NCBI RefSeq assembly: GCF_046592595.1
Contig: NZ_JAWVPF010000002.1
Span: forward strand, 430,985-494,984
From: Terribacillus saccharophilus
Lineage (GTDB): Bacteria > Bacillota > Bacilli > Bacillales > Amphibacillaceae
DNA length: 64,000 nt
Direction: 5' to 3'
The notes below the pieces were generated by a model that had not been told where the DNA came from, searched no databases, and was given only the letters and a program-made list of their open reading frames with translations. Shown here in pieces: positions 33,186 through 45,509 of the stretch. Made by a program: the position numbers and the translations under genes. Every line of letters starts with the position of its first letter. Position 1 is the stretch's first letter.

Positions 33186-33848
33186 CTATTCAGTCTGTAA
33201 TGGGATTAAATCGACCGACGCATCAACTTCAATTGTGTCCATACTTTCCAATTTCAGGACAAAGCTAGGTACGTCACCTTCGGCCTCAATAACTATATCA
33301 ACTTTCACGTTGCCTGAGTAAGCCTTCACTATAACTCTGCTTTTAGCACCTTCTTTTGGAACAACTTGATAACTATTCGCCGGCAAATCCTGACCAGCTC
33401 TATAATCAACTCCACCTTCTAACCCAATTGGTTCATCTTCTGCCTTTTTCATCTCGCCTCTAAGAGTTAATAAGTTTTCTTCTGCATCATTTACTTTATT
33501 CTGAAGTGTTTCTAAAGCGCTGGTATTCTCCTCTATATTCTGCCTCAGCTCTATATTATGCTCTACAAGCTGCTCTATTTCTGTTATTTCTTGTGCTTTT
33601 GTAGCTACTAATATTTTCTCAATCTCAGTTAAGTTACTTGGATTTAAATAATCTGCTGAATCTACTAGAGATACCGATTTAGTCCAGACAGAAAATACAC
33701 CCGAAATGAATACAATAAAGCCCAAGACAAGAATGAAACCGGATATCCAACTCCACTTTTTATTTCTTAGAGCTAAGAACACAATAAACAATGGTATACC
33801 TACCAAAAATGTTAAGAGACCTAGATAGAACATTAATACTCCCAACAT
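33186..33848 (-). CDS. Hypothetical membrane protein with two N-terminal TM helices, a coiled coil of about 70 residues, and a C-terminal beta-rich domain.
   Basis: Hydrophobic N-terminus LGVLMFYLGLLTFLVGIPLFIVFLAL / ISGFILVLGFIVFISGVF. The middle section has heptad-like periodicity and is E/Q/L-rich. The C-terminus has alternating V/I residues (SRVIVKAYSGNVKVDIVIEAEGDV). The ATG at 33848 has RBS GGGAGG. The upstream GTG of the track ORF lies inside the RBS. Confidence 0.65.
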   Translation of the reverse strand: MLGVLMFYLGLLTFLVGIPLFIVFLALRNKKWSWISGFILVLGFIVFISGVFSVWTKSVSLVDSADYLNPSNLTEIEKILVATKAQEITEIEQLVEHNIELRQNIEENTSALETLQNKVNDAEENLLTLRGEMKKAEDEPIGLEGGVDYRAGQDLPANSYQVVPKEGAKSRVIVKAYSGNVKVDIVIEAEGDVPSFVLKLESMDTIEVDASVDLIPLQTE

Positions 33849-34314
33849 GGACACCTCCCTACCAAGCTAGCTTTACTGGAATAACATAAAACAATATACA
33901 TTATTGTAATCATATAGGAGATTCAGCGATATTAAAACCCCTGCACTAAAGGACGGGATTGAAACCCGTTTTTGGAACATTTAGAATAATCAGTGCAATC
34001 TTATAAATTAAGTTGCAACACTTCTCCTTCTTCCTTTAGTATGACCTCTACAATTATGCCTAACTTAAAATACATATTTCCCGTTAGTAACTTTTAAAAA
34101 GAAGGTGCGGAGGTATGTAAACCAAAAGGGATATGCGAAGATAAATGTCGATTAGTCTTAATAAAATGATAAAGCTTTGGATTGTGACTCGGTTATACTT
34201 GCTTACTTGAGTATTACTTCTGTGGTTAGAGGTTTTGGGGTGGAAACACCAGCAGTAGAAATTTAAAAGTAAAGTCAGATGAATTGGTTATGATTGCTTT
34301 TATTTGAATTATTT

Positions 34315-34343
34315 TGAAACTTTTCACAAAGCTTCTACGTACA
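34315..34343 (+). promoter_or_regulatory. SigmaW-type (ECF) promoter: TGAAAC-N17-CGTACA.
   Basis: -35 TGAAAC at 34315-34320 and -10 CGTA at 34338-34341. Published sigW consensus is TGAAAC-N16-CGTA. It lies 190 nt upstream of floT, and B. subtilis yuaF-floT is a sigW regulon member. Confidence 0.45.
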
Positions 34344-34533
34344 TATAGGCAAGGCGCTGAAGAAATGAAGAAATGAAGATATGCTCTACAGGCTTTATCA
34401 GATTTAAGGGTACTATCTAGAGACCCCTTTATATCTCTAATGTGCACTATTCCATGGGACTTTGCATTATAGGTTCTGTTCCCCGCTTCCATACAGAAAT
34501 ATATTATAAATACACACAAAGGAGAATGCATTT

Positions 34534-36024
34534 ATGTTAGAAGGACTAAGTATTATCGCTATCATTATTACACTTATCGTATTGGCAGCTATCGGAGGAA
34601 CAGCATGGTTCATTTACATGAAAATCAGGTTCCGCACCGTACCATCCAACGAAGCACTCATCGTTACCGGACCGAAACTTGGGGATGAGGAAAAGGAAAA
34701 AAATATCTATAAAGATGATCAAGGACGCTATATGAAGGTTATCCGCGGCGGCGGTCATAGGCTAAGAATGTTTCAAACTGGCACAAAAGTATCCCTGAAA
34801 TCATTCCAATTACAGATCAAGACACCGAAAGTATATACAGCACAGCATGTTGGAGTATACGGAGAAGCTGTCGCAACTGTCAAAGTAGCAGACACTTTGG
34901 AAGGCATCGTGCGATATGCCGAGCAGTTCCTGGGGAAAGCACAAGGAGAGATCGAGCAGGAAATTGGTGAAGTGTTGAATTCCAGTTTGCGGGCAATTTT
35001 GTCCAGTATGACTGTTGAGCAAATCAACGGCGACCGGGAACGTTTCAATGAAGACGTGCGTAAAATCGCACAAAAAGAACTAAATGACATGGGCTTCCGC
35101 ATTACATCATTAGGACTAACAGACATCAGCGATGACGACGGTTACTTGGAAAACTTAGGTCGTCCGCAAATTGCCGAAATCGAAAAACAGGCTGAAATAG
35201 CAGAGGCGAACAACAAACGGGAAACGGAGCTAAAACAAGCTGAAGTAAACGAAGAAGTATCCCGTGAGAAATATCAGCGTGAAATGAACATCGCAGAGGT
35301 CCGTAAAACAAAAGACATCAAAGATGCACAGATCAAAGCAGAAACAGAGCGTGAAAGAGCCATCGCTGAAGCAGCATACGAACTGGAAAAAGAAGAAAAA
35401 CGATTGGGTATCGAAAAGCAGCGCCTTGAAATCAAAGAACAGGAACAAGAAAGTGAACTGCGACTGCGTCAGAAAGAACGTGAAAATGACGTTAAACTAG
35501 AACAGCAGCAAGTAGAAGTACAAAAACAAAAGGCCGAAGCAGAATATCTCACCAAAACAAAAGAAGCACAAGCACGTGCCGAAGCAAGAAGAGTCGAAGG
35601 TGAAGCGGAAGCGGCCGTTATCAGACAAAAGAGCATAGCAGAAATCGAAGCTATTGAGAAACGCGCTCAAGCAATGGCGAAGCACCAGGATGTCATCCTA
35701 AGAGAGAAACTGATCGACATCATGCCGGATTATGCGAGAGCCATCAGTCAGTCATTCAGTAATGTCGAGTCTATCCGTATCCTGGATAATGGTTCAGGCG
35801 GCGGTATCAACTCCCTTCCTAACACCGTGACAAACACAATGGCAAACCTGCAAGAGAGCCTTGGCCAGATGACAGGTTTCGATTTAGAAGGATTCTTGCA
35901 AAAAATCAGCATGCCAAAATCAAATGATGATGCAGATAACGCAAAATCAAATCAGCAGCAAATCACGCTTAAAGACTCTGTCAAACAAATCGAAAACGAA
36001 GAAACAAAGCTTACTTTTGAGTAA
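34534..36024 (+). CDS. floT: Flotillin FloT (YuaG-like SPFH/band-7 protein with an EA-rich coiled-coil domain).
   Basis: N-terminal membrane hairpin, SPFH domain, and a long E/A/K/Q-rich repeat region (AEIEKQAEIAEA...EAEAAVIRQKSIAEIEAIEKRAQA) characteristic of flotillins. 496 aa versus 509 aa for B. subtilis FloT. RBS GGAGA. Confidence 0.85.
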   Translation: MLEGLSIIAIIITLIVLAAIGGTAWFIYMKIRFRTVPSNEALIVTGPKLGDEEKEKNIYKDDQGRYMKVIRGGGHRLRMFQTGTKVSLKSFQLQIKTPKVYTAQHVGVYGEAVATVKVADTLEGIVRYAEQFLGKAQGEIEQEIGEVLNSSLRAILSSMTVEQINGDRERFNEDVRKIAQKELNDMGFRITSLGLTDISDDDGYLENLGRPQIAEIEKQAEIAEANNKRETELKQAEVNEEVSREKYQREMNIAEVRKTKDIKDAQIKAETERERAIAEAAYELEKEEKRLGIEKQRLEIKEQEQESELRLRQKERENDVKLEQQQVEVQKQKAEAEYLTKTKEAQARAEARRVEGEAEAAVIRQKSIAEIEAIEKRAQAMAKHQDVILREKLIDIMPDYARAISQSFSNVESIRILDNGSGGGINSLPNTVTNTMANLQESLGQMTGFDLEGFLQKISMPKSNDDADNAKSNQQQITLKDSVKQIENEETKLTFE

Positions 36025-36034
36025 AACCTTCCAA

Positions 36035-36065
36035 TAAAAAAGGATGCATCTCTGCATCCTTTTTT
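36035..36065. terminator. Bidirectional terminator between floT (+) and pyrE (-).
   Basis: AAAAAA-GGATGCATC-TC-TGCATCC-TTTTTT. Confidence 0.8.
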
Positions 36066-36658
36066 ATAATGTATCACGCCATTCCAAGAGTTCTTGTTTC
36101 TCCTGAGAAGTTATCGTCTGATTCTCCACAAGTATATCAGCAAGTTCATCGAAATTAGTCAGCGTCTCAAATGGTACATCAATAGCAGCAAAATTATCAT
36201 CGGCTTTCTTCAGATTATAGCTGAAGATGGCCAAGACTTTTGTCACAATCGCCCCTGCTTCCTGCAGTGCTTGGACCGTGTTGATAACAGAGCCGCCTGT
36301 TGAAATGAGATCCTCAATGACGACGACATGTTTACCCGCAACGTCTGACCCTTCGATTTGATTGCCCTTTCCATGACCTTTTTTACTGGATCTGACATAG
36401 ATCATTGGCAGATTTGCTTTATCAGCAAGCCATGCAGCATGCGGGATCCCTCCAGTAGCACATCCTGCGATGATATCAGTATCCGGTAAATCTGCTAACT
36501 TCTCCTGAAACTGTCGTGCTATCGCTGTCCGCACTTCCGGGTGACCGAGTGTCAGTCGATTATCACAGTAAATCGGAGAGTGAATGCCAGAAGCCCATAC
36601 AAAACTTTTGGCTGGATCAATTTGTATCGCGTCGATTGAAAGCAGTGCTTCGGCTATA

Positions 36659-36675
<17 letters not shown>
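36064..36675 (-). CDS. pyrE: Orotate phosphoribosyltransferase.
   Basis: WASGIHSPIYCDNRL and VIEDLISTGGS (PRPP motif). The start at MTTTIN has RBS AGGAGTGG. Confidence 0.9.
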
Positions 36676-39045
<2,370 letters not shown>

Positions 39046-39049
<4 letters not shown>

Positions 39050-42000
39050 GATGATATACCTCCTGCTACGACAGGCTTGGCAGTGAACGTCATCGATTCG
39101 ATGATAGTCGCGATCGCTTTTGCTGTATCAAGACTAGTCAGACAAGCGATTCCGTGTTCGACCGCTTCACGGCGGATCAGGAATCCGTCTGATCTTGGCT
39201 GTTTACCAGAAGTTAACGTGTTGACGACGAATTGTACTTCGCCATTTTCAATGATGCTGATCACGTTCTGCTCAGAGGCACCGACCTTTCCAACTGTTGT
39301 AACCGGAAGTCCTGCATCTTCGACTGTTGCACTCGTTCCTTCGGTAGCGTACAGCTGGAAGCCGAGTGCATAAAATAGTTTGGCGATCTCCATCGCTTCT
39401 TCTTTGTCTTTATCCGCTACAGTCAGTAAGATAGCTCCTTCTTGGGGTACAGACAGCCCCGAAGCAAGCAAACCTTTATAAAGTGCTTTTTCAAGTGTAC
39501 GATCATGCCCGATTGCTTCACCTGTCGATTTCATCTCCGGGCCGAGCAGCGTATCGACACTGCGAAGCTTCTCAAAGCTGAACACAGGCACTTTCACATA
39601 AACATCCTCTGGTTCCGGCAATAGCCCGGAAACATATCCCATGTCAGCTAGCTTTTCACCCAAAATTGTGCGTGTAGCGATATTTGCCATCGTTACATGT
39701 GTAATTTTGGACAAGAACGGAATCGTGCGGCTGGCACGCGGATTCACTTCCAAAACATACGCTTTGTTTCGATGGATAACGAACTGGATGTTGATCAAGC
39801 CTTTTACGCCAAGAGCCTTTGCAATCTGCATCGTCGCATCGATGCATTGCTGGCGGCATTCCTCGGTTATCGTCTGTGTCGGATAAACAGCAATCGAATC
39901 ACCTGAATGGACACCGGCACGTTCAATATGCTCCATGATCCCTGGAATGATAGTTGTTTCGCCATCGCTGATAGCATCGACTTCTACCTCGATACCGGTC
40001 AAGTATTGGTCAATCAGTACAGGATGATCATGTCTGACATGTACACGTTTTTCCATATAATTCTGCAATTCTTCGTCATTGTAGACAATCTCCATATTGC
40101 TTCCGCCAATCACATAAGAAGGGCGTACAAGTACGGGATAACCAATCTTTTCTGCTGCAGCTGCAGCATCCTCAAGCTTTGTGATAGAAGCGCCATCTGG
40201 TTTGGCGATCTTCAGTTCATCCAGCAGTTTCTCAAATTTATCCCGGTCTTCTGCCGCATCGATTGCTTTCAAGGAAGTTCCAAGCACTTTCACACCACGG
40301 CGCTCCAATCCTTCTGCCAGGTTGATAGCAGTCTGACCGCCGAATTGCACGATGACGCCGAGCGGGTTTTCAAGGTTGACGACATGCATGACGTCTTCCA
40401 GTGTAAGTGGCTCGAAATAGAGCTTATCGGAAACACTGAAATCCGTCGAAACGGTTTCGGGGTTGCTGTTGATGATGATCGCTTCATATCCCGCTTCCCG
40501 GATAGCCAGGACGCTATGGACTGTTGCATAGTCGAATTCGATCCCCTGGCCGATGCGGATTGGTCCGGAACCAAGCACGATTACTTTCTCTTTATCTGAA
40601 GCGACAGATTCATTCTCTTCTTCATAGGTACTGTAAAAATAAGGTGTTTGCGATTCGAATTCCGCGGCACACGTATCTACCATTTTGTATACAGGCTGGA
40701 GATCATTTTCAGTCCGGAATTCGTATACCTTGTCTTCCGTCGTGTTCCACCAGTGTGCTATTTCCCGGTCAGAAAATCCTTTTTGTTTTACTTCCTTCAA
40801 CAAATCCAGTTCCCAAGGCTGTTCTTGCAAACTTGATTCCATTTCAATCAATGCTTCAATTTTCCATAGGAAGAAGCGGTCGATCCTAGTTAGCTCATGC
40901 AGCTGTTCAACAGTGTATCCTCGGCGGAAAGCTTCGGCAAGGACAAACAGTCGTTCATCATCTGCTTTGACTAGACGATGCTCCATCTCTTCATAACTCA
41001 TTCTATCCAGGCTGATGGATGCAAGACCGTTCGCTTTGTTATCAAGGGAGCGGACTCCTTTCAGCAAAGCCTCTTCGACATTTCGGCCAATTGCCATTAC
41101 TTCTCCTGTCGCCTTCATCTGTGTACCTAGTTTACGGTTTCCGCTGACGAATTTATCAAATGGGAAACGCGGCAGTTTGGCAACAACATAGTCTAGTGCT
41201 GGTTCAAAGTATGCGTATGTCGTACCTGTTACAGGATTCTTGATTTCATCCAGTGTCAAACCGACTGCAATCTTCGCTGCCATTTTGGCGATCGGATAAC
41301 CTGTCGCCTTGGAAGCAAGTGCGCTTGATCGGCTTACACGCGGATTCACTTCGATGATGTAGTAATTGAAGCTGTGCGGATCCAACGCCAGCTGTACATT
41401 ACAGCCTCCCTCAATTTGCAAAGCCTTGATGATTTTTATGGAAGCGTTACGCAGCAGCTGATATTCCCGATCACTCAGTGTCTGGGAAGGTGCTACGACG
41501 ATGCTGTCACCAGTATGGATACCGACTGGATCTACGTTCTCCATATTACAGACGACGATTGCCTGATCATTTTTGTCGCGCATTACTTCATATTCGATTT
41601 CCTTGAAGCCGGCAATATTCCGTTCGATCAAACATTGTGTTACTGGGGAGAGTGCTAATCCATTTTTTGTGATTTGTTTCAGCTCTTCCAGGTTATAGCA
41701 CATGCCGCCTCCTGTACCGCCAAGTGTATAAGCAGGGCGGACGATGAGCGGAAAGCCGATTTCTTCTGAAAATGCCACAGCACCCTCTACTGTTGTGACG
41801 ATCTGACTCTCTGGAACTGGTTCTCCAAGTTGATGCATCAGATCACGGAATAGCTCCCGGTCTTCTGCCTGCTGGATTGCTTCCAAGGATGTTCCTAGCA
41901 GTTCCACACCATATTCCTTTAAGATACCTGAGTTATCAAGTGCAACAGCCAAGTTCAAACCAGTCTGTCCGCCAAGTGTCGGAAGCAAGGCATCCGGCTG

Positions 42001-42243
42001 CTCCTTACGGATAATCTTGCTTAGGAATTCCACTGTCAGCGGCTCCATGTACACAGTATCCGCAACAGTATGATCCGTCATGATGGTTGCAGGGTTGGAG
42101 TTAGCAAGAATGACGGTATACCCTTCTTCACGCAGCGCTTGGCATGCCTGTGTGCCGGAATAATCGAATTCTGCTGCTTGACCAATTACGATCGGTCCTG
42201 AACCGATGACAAGTATTTTCTGGATATCCGTGCGTTTAGGCAT
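39046..42243 (-). CDS. carB: Carbamoyl-phosphate synthase large subunit (pyrimidine-specific).
   Basis: 1065 aa with duplicated ATP-grasp domains and an MGS-like C-terminus. Synteny in the pyr operon. Confidence 0.95.
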
Positions 42244-43336
42244 AAGTTGCTTCCCCCTTGGATGTTTGGTTGGTTTGTGCTGTCATTGTAAGGAAGTTAT
42301 CGAATAAATGGCGGGTATCCTCTGGACCAGGTGCTGCTTCCGGATGGTATTGTACACACATGACAGGGTATTTGCTGTGTTTGAGCCCTTCTACGGTGCC
42401 GTCATTCAAAGCTACTTGTGTCAGGATGAGTTCCGTCGCAGCCAATGATTCCTTTGTGACTGTATAGCCATGATTTTGTGAGGTGAGGTAGGTTTTCCCC
42501 GTCTCCAAATCTTTGACAGGGTGGTTGGAGCCCCGATGACCGAACTTCAGTTTTTCTGTATTCGCACCGGCTGCCAATGCAATCAGCTGGTGACCGAGAC
42601 AGATACCGAAAATAGGTACTTGGCCGATCAGCTCACGAATAGTTTGTATGGCAGGTTCCACGTCTTTCGGATCGCCAGGTCCATTCGTCAGCATGATACC
42701 ATCAGGGTTTAAATGGAGGATTTGTTCGGCTGTGTAATGCCAAGGTACAACTGTGATATGACAATCTCGGGCTGCCAATTCACGGAGAATGCCGTGCTTC
42801 ATGCCAAAATCCATGACGACGATGCGTTTTCCTCGCCCTGGTACGACATAAGGTTTAGCTGTACTCATACGCTGTACTTGATCGTTTGGAAGAGTGATTG
42901 ATTCCCAAGAAACTTGATTTTCAAGTGTATCGACTGCTTCTGTCAATCTAGCTTTCATTGCACCTTGTTTCCGGATGATTTTTGTCAGTTTACGAGTATC
43001 GATACCTGCGATTCCGGGAATTTGGTGGAACTTGAGAAAAGCGTCAATAGAGTGCTGTTTCCGGAAGTTGGACGGTGCTGTACTCGCTTCTTTCACAACA
43101 AGCGCCTGAATCGATGGCTGGATGCTCTCGAAGTCATCGCTGTTGATGCCATAGTTTCCGATCAGCGGATACGTCAGTGTGACGATCTGACCGCAGTAGG
43201 AAGGGTCAGAGATAATTTCTTGGTAGCCTGTCATTCCAGTGTTGAAGACGATTTCTCCAGTTGTTGCGCTATCGCTGCCGAATGCTGTGCCGGTAAATAC
43301 TGTACCGTCTTCAAGGATAAGTTGTCGCTTCTTCAT
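42236..43336 (-). CDS. carA: Carbamoyl-phosphate synthase small subunit (glutamine amidotransferase).
   Basis: GATase catalytic triad region GICLGHQL...H..P. Confidence 0.95.
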   Translation of the reverse strand: MKKRQLILEDGTVFTGTAFGSDSATTGEIVFNTGMTGYQEIISDPSYCGQIVTLTYPLIGNYGINSDDFESIQPSIQALVVKEASTAPSNFRKQHSIDAFLKFHQIPGIAGIDTRKLTKIIRKQGAMKARLTEAVDTLENQVSWESITLPNDQVQRMSTAKPYVVPGRGKRIVVMDFGMKHGILRELAARDCHITVVPWHYTAEQILHLNPDGIMLTNGPGDPKDVEPAIQTIRELIGQVPIFGICLGHQLIALAAGANTEKLKFGHRGSNHPVKDLETGKTYLTSQNHGYTVTKESLAATELILTQVALNDGTVEGLKHSKYPVMCVQYHPEAAPGPEDTRHLFDNFLTMTAQTNQTSKGEATYA

Positions 43337-44613
43337 TTTACCGCTTCCTTTCTGTATACAATTTCTCCGCCAAAAATTGTCATCGTTGGCTCTCCTTTAT
43401 AGCGCCAGCCGATAAATGGTGTATTTGTTCCTTTTGATTGGAATAAAGCTGGATCTACTTCACTCTCAGCATCAAGATCCAAAACAGCTATATCTGCTGC
43501 TGCACCGACTTCGAAGCGGCCGAATGGAAGCCCGAATGCCTGTGATGGCTTGATCGTCAGCCAGTTAATCAGCTGATTCAGCGTAAAGATACCTGTCTCA
43601 ACAAAGTGTGTATAAAGCAAGCTAAACGCAGTTTCTGACCCAACGATACCGAATGATGCATCCAGCATGCTGACATTCTTCTCTTCCGCTGTGTGCGGTG
43701 CATGATCTGTCGCGATCATATCAATCGTTCCATCAAGCAGACCTTCGATCAGCGCTTTGCGATCAGCATCAGATCTAAGCGGCGGATTCATCTTGAAGTT
43801 TCCATCATCTGTTTTGATATCTTCATCAATAAGAAGCAAGTGATGCGGTGTCACTTCTGCAGTCACCTGGATTCCAGCACGTTTCGCATCGCGGATGACC
43901 CGGACAGATTCTTTTGTGCTCACATGGCAGATATGGTAATGACAGCCCGCAGCTTCAGCAAGAAGAACATCACGGGCAATATGTACTGACTCGGAAACAC
44001 TGTTGATACCTGGCAATCCAAGTCTCTCGCTAGCTGTACCTTCATGCATGACGCCACCTGGAACGAGACTGTCATCTTCGCAATGTGCTACAACTGGAAT
44101 TCCGAGCTTTGCTGCTCGCTGCATCGTCTCCAGCATCATGCCGGCAGACTGGATCCCAAGACCATCATCTGTAAAGGCAAATGCTTCTTTCATGTTTTCC
44201 ATGTCTACAATTTCTCGTCCCAGCTGCTGTTTTGTGATAGCAGCATATTGCAAGACGCGTATAACGCCGCTTTCTTCATTTCGAGCCATGATGGATTGGA
44301 GTGTTTCTGGGCAGTCCGGTGCCGGTCTGAGGTTAGGCATGGCAGCTACTGTCGTGAACCCGCCCCGCGCAGCAGCTTTTGTTCCTGTTTCAATCGTTTC
44401 TTTCTTTTCTGCACCAGGTTCGCGCAAATGCACATGCACATCCACAAAACCTGCTGTTACTAACTGGCCTTCAAGGTCTTCTACATGATCGTCTGCTGCA
44501 ATCTCGATGTGATTAGCAATCTCTTTGATAATGCCATCCTCGATTTTCACCATTACTTCTTCTAGTTGTTGATCAGCTGTTAACTGTTTCGCGTTTGTTA
44601 AGATTGTAGCCAT
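43333..44613 (-). CDS. pyrC: Dihydroorotase.
   Basis: GFVDVHVHLREPG metal-binding motif. Collinear with B. subtilis PyrC from M1. The start overlaps the pyrB 3' end by 41 nt. Confidence 0.9.
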   Translation of the reverse strand: MATILTNAKQLTADQQLEEVMVKIEDGIIKEIANHIEIAADDHVEDLEGQLVTAGFVDVHVHLREPGAEKKETIETGTKAAARGGFTTVAAMPNLRPAPDCPETLQSIMARNEESGVIRVLQYAAITKQQLGREIVDMENMKEAFAFTDDGLGIQSAGMMLETMQRAAKLGIPVVAHCEDDSLVPGGVMHEGTASERLGLPGINSVSESVHIARDVLLAEAAGCHYHICHVSTKESVRVIRDAKRAGIQVTAEVTPHHLLLIDEDIKTDDGNFKMNPPLRSDADRKALIEGLLDGTIDMIATDHAPHTAEEKNVSMLDASFGIVGSETAFSLLYTHFVETGIFTLNQLINWLTIKPSQAFGLPFGRFEVGAAADIAVLDLDAESEVDPALFQSKGTNTPFIGWRYKGEPTMTIFGGEIVYRKEAVK

Positions 44614-45496
44614 GCTTGATTCCCCATCCTTCCAATAATGTAATGATAACTGCCATTCGTGCTGCTACGCCGTTTTCCATCTGACGGAATATCCTGGAGC
44701 GTGGCGCTTCAACAAGACTGTCGTCAATTTCGATGCCTCTGTTGACTGGTGCCGGGTGCATGATGATCGCATGCTGCTGCATCCTTTGTTCCCTAGCTTT
44801 TGTCAGTCCAAATTGTTCCAGGTAACCAGTAGACCCGCCTTTTGTTTCATGGCGCTCAAACTGGATCCGAAGCAGCATCATGACATCGCATTGTTCCACT
44901 GCATCATCCATATCTAATACGGGTATCCCAAGTGTTTCATCCATCCATTCCGGCTTGCCTGCTGCAAAGACGTGCGCCCCCAATTTGCGCAGTGCCATTG
45001 CATTGCTTCTGGCAACTCGGCTGTGACGGATGTCACCAGCAATGACGATTTTCAAGTCCTTGAAGCTTCCATACTCCTGATATATTGTCATCAGATCAAG
45101 CAAGCATTGTGTCGGGTGCTCCCCTTTTCCATCACCGGCATTGATCACCGGGATATCCAGCTTTTCAGCAAGCATTGCAGCTGTATGTTCCTCTGGATGA
45201 CGGATGACAAGGACCGAAGCACCGATCGATTGAAGGGTCTTCGCGGTGTCATAGACGGTCTCGCCTTTGGTCACGCTGGATGCCTCTGCGGCGAAGTCCA
45301 GCACTTCCAAACCGAGTTTCCGTTCTGCTACGGTAAAGCTCATCTTCGTCCGTGTGCTCGGCTCAAAGAATAGATTGGCTGCGTACAGCTGCTCCCTGTA
45401 TCCTGATACCCCCAGTACCTGTATGTCTGTAGCGAGCTGTACAAGCTGCAGCAGTTCCCCTGCAGTAAGATGCTTCATCGATACGAAATGCTTCAT
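44573..45496 (-). CDS. pyrB: Aspartate carbamoyltransferase.
   Basis: STRTR, HPTQ and HP.P motifs. The start at MKHFVSMKHL has RBS GGAGGAGAA and lies 13 nt after the pyrP stop. Confidence 0.9.
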   Translation of the reverse strand: MKHFVSMKHLTAGELLQLVQLATDIQVLGVSGYREQLYAANLFFEPSTRTKMSFTVAERKLGLEVLDFAAEASSVTKGETVYDTAKTLQSIGASVLVIRHPEEHTAAMLAEKLDIPVINAGDGKGEHPTQCLLDLMTIYQEYGSFKDLKIVIAGDIRHSRVARSNAMALRKLGAHVFAAGKPEWMDETLGIPVLDMDDAVEQCDVMMLLRIQFERHETKGGSTGYLEQFGLTKAREQRMQQHAIIMHPAPVNRGIEIDDSLVEAPRSRIFRQMENGVAARMAVIITLLEGWGIKHGYNLNKRETVNS

Positions 45497-45509
45497 GTCC
45501 TTCTCCTCC

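Noticed and set aside
34226-34531. 101-aa - strand ORF in the floT leader.
   Set aside because: No RBS. The amino-acid composition is odd and it overlaps the floT RBS and start. It is most likely a chance ORF in AT-rich DNA.
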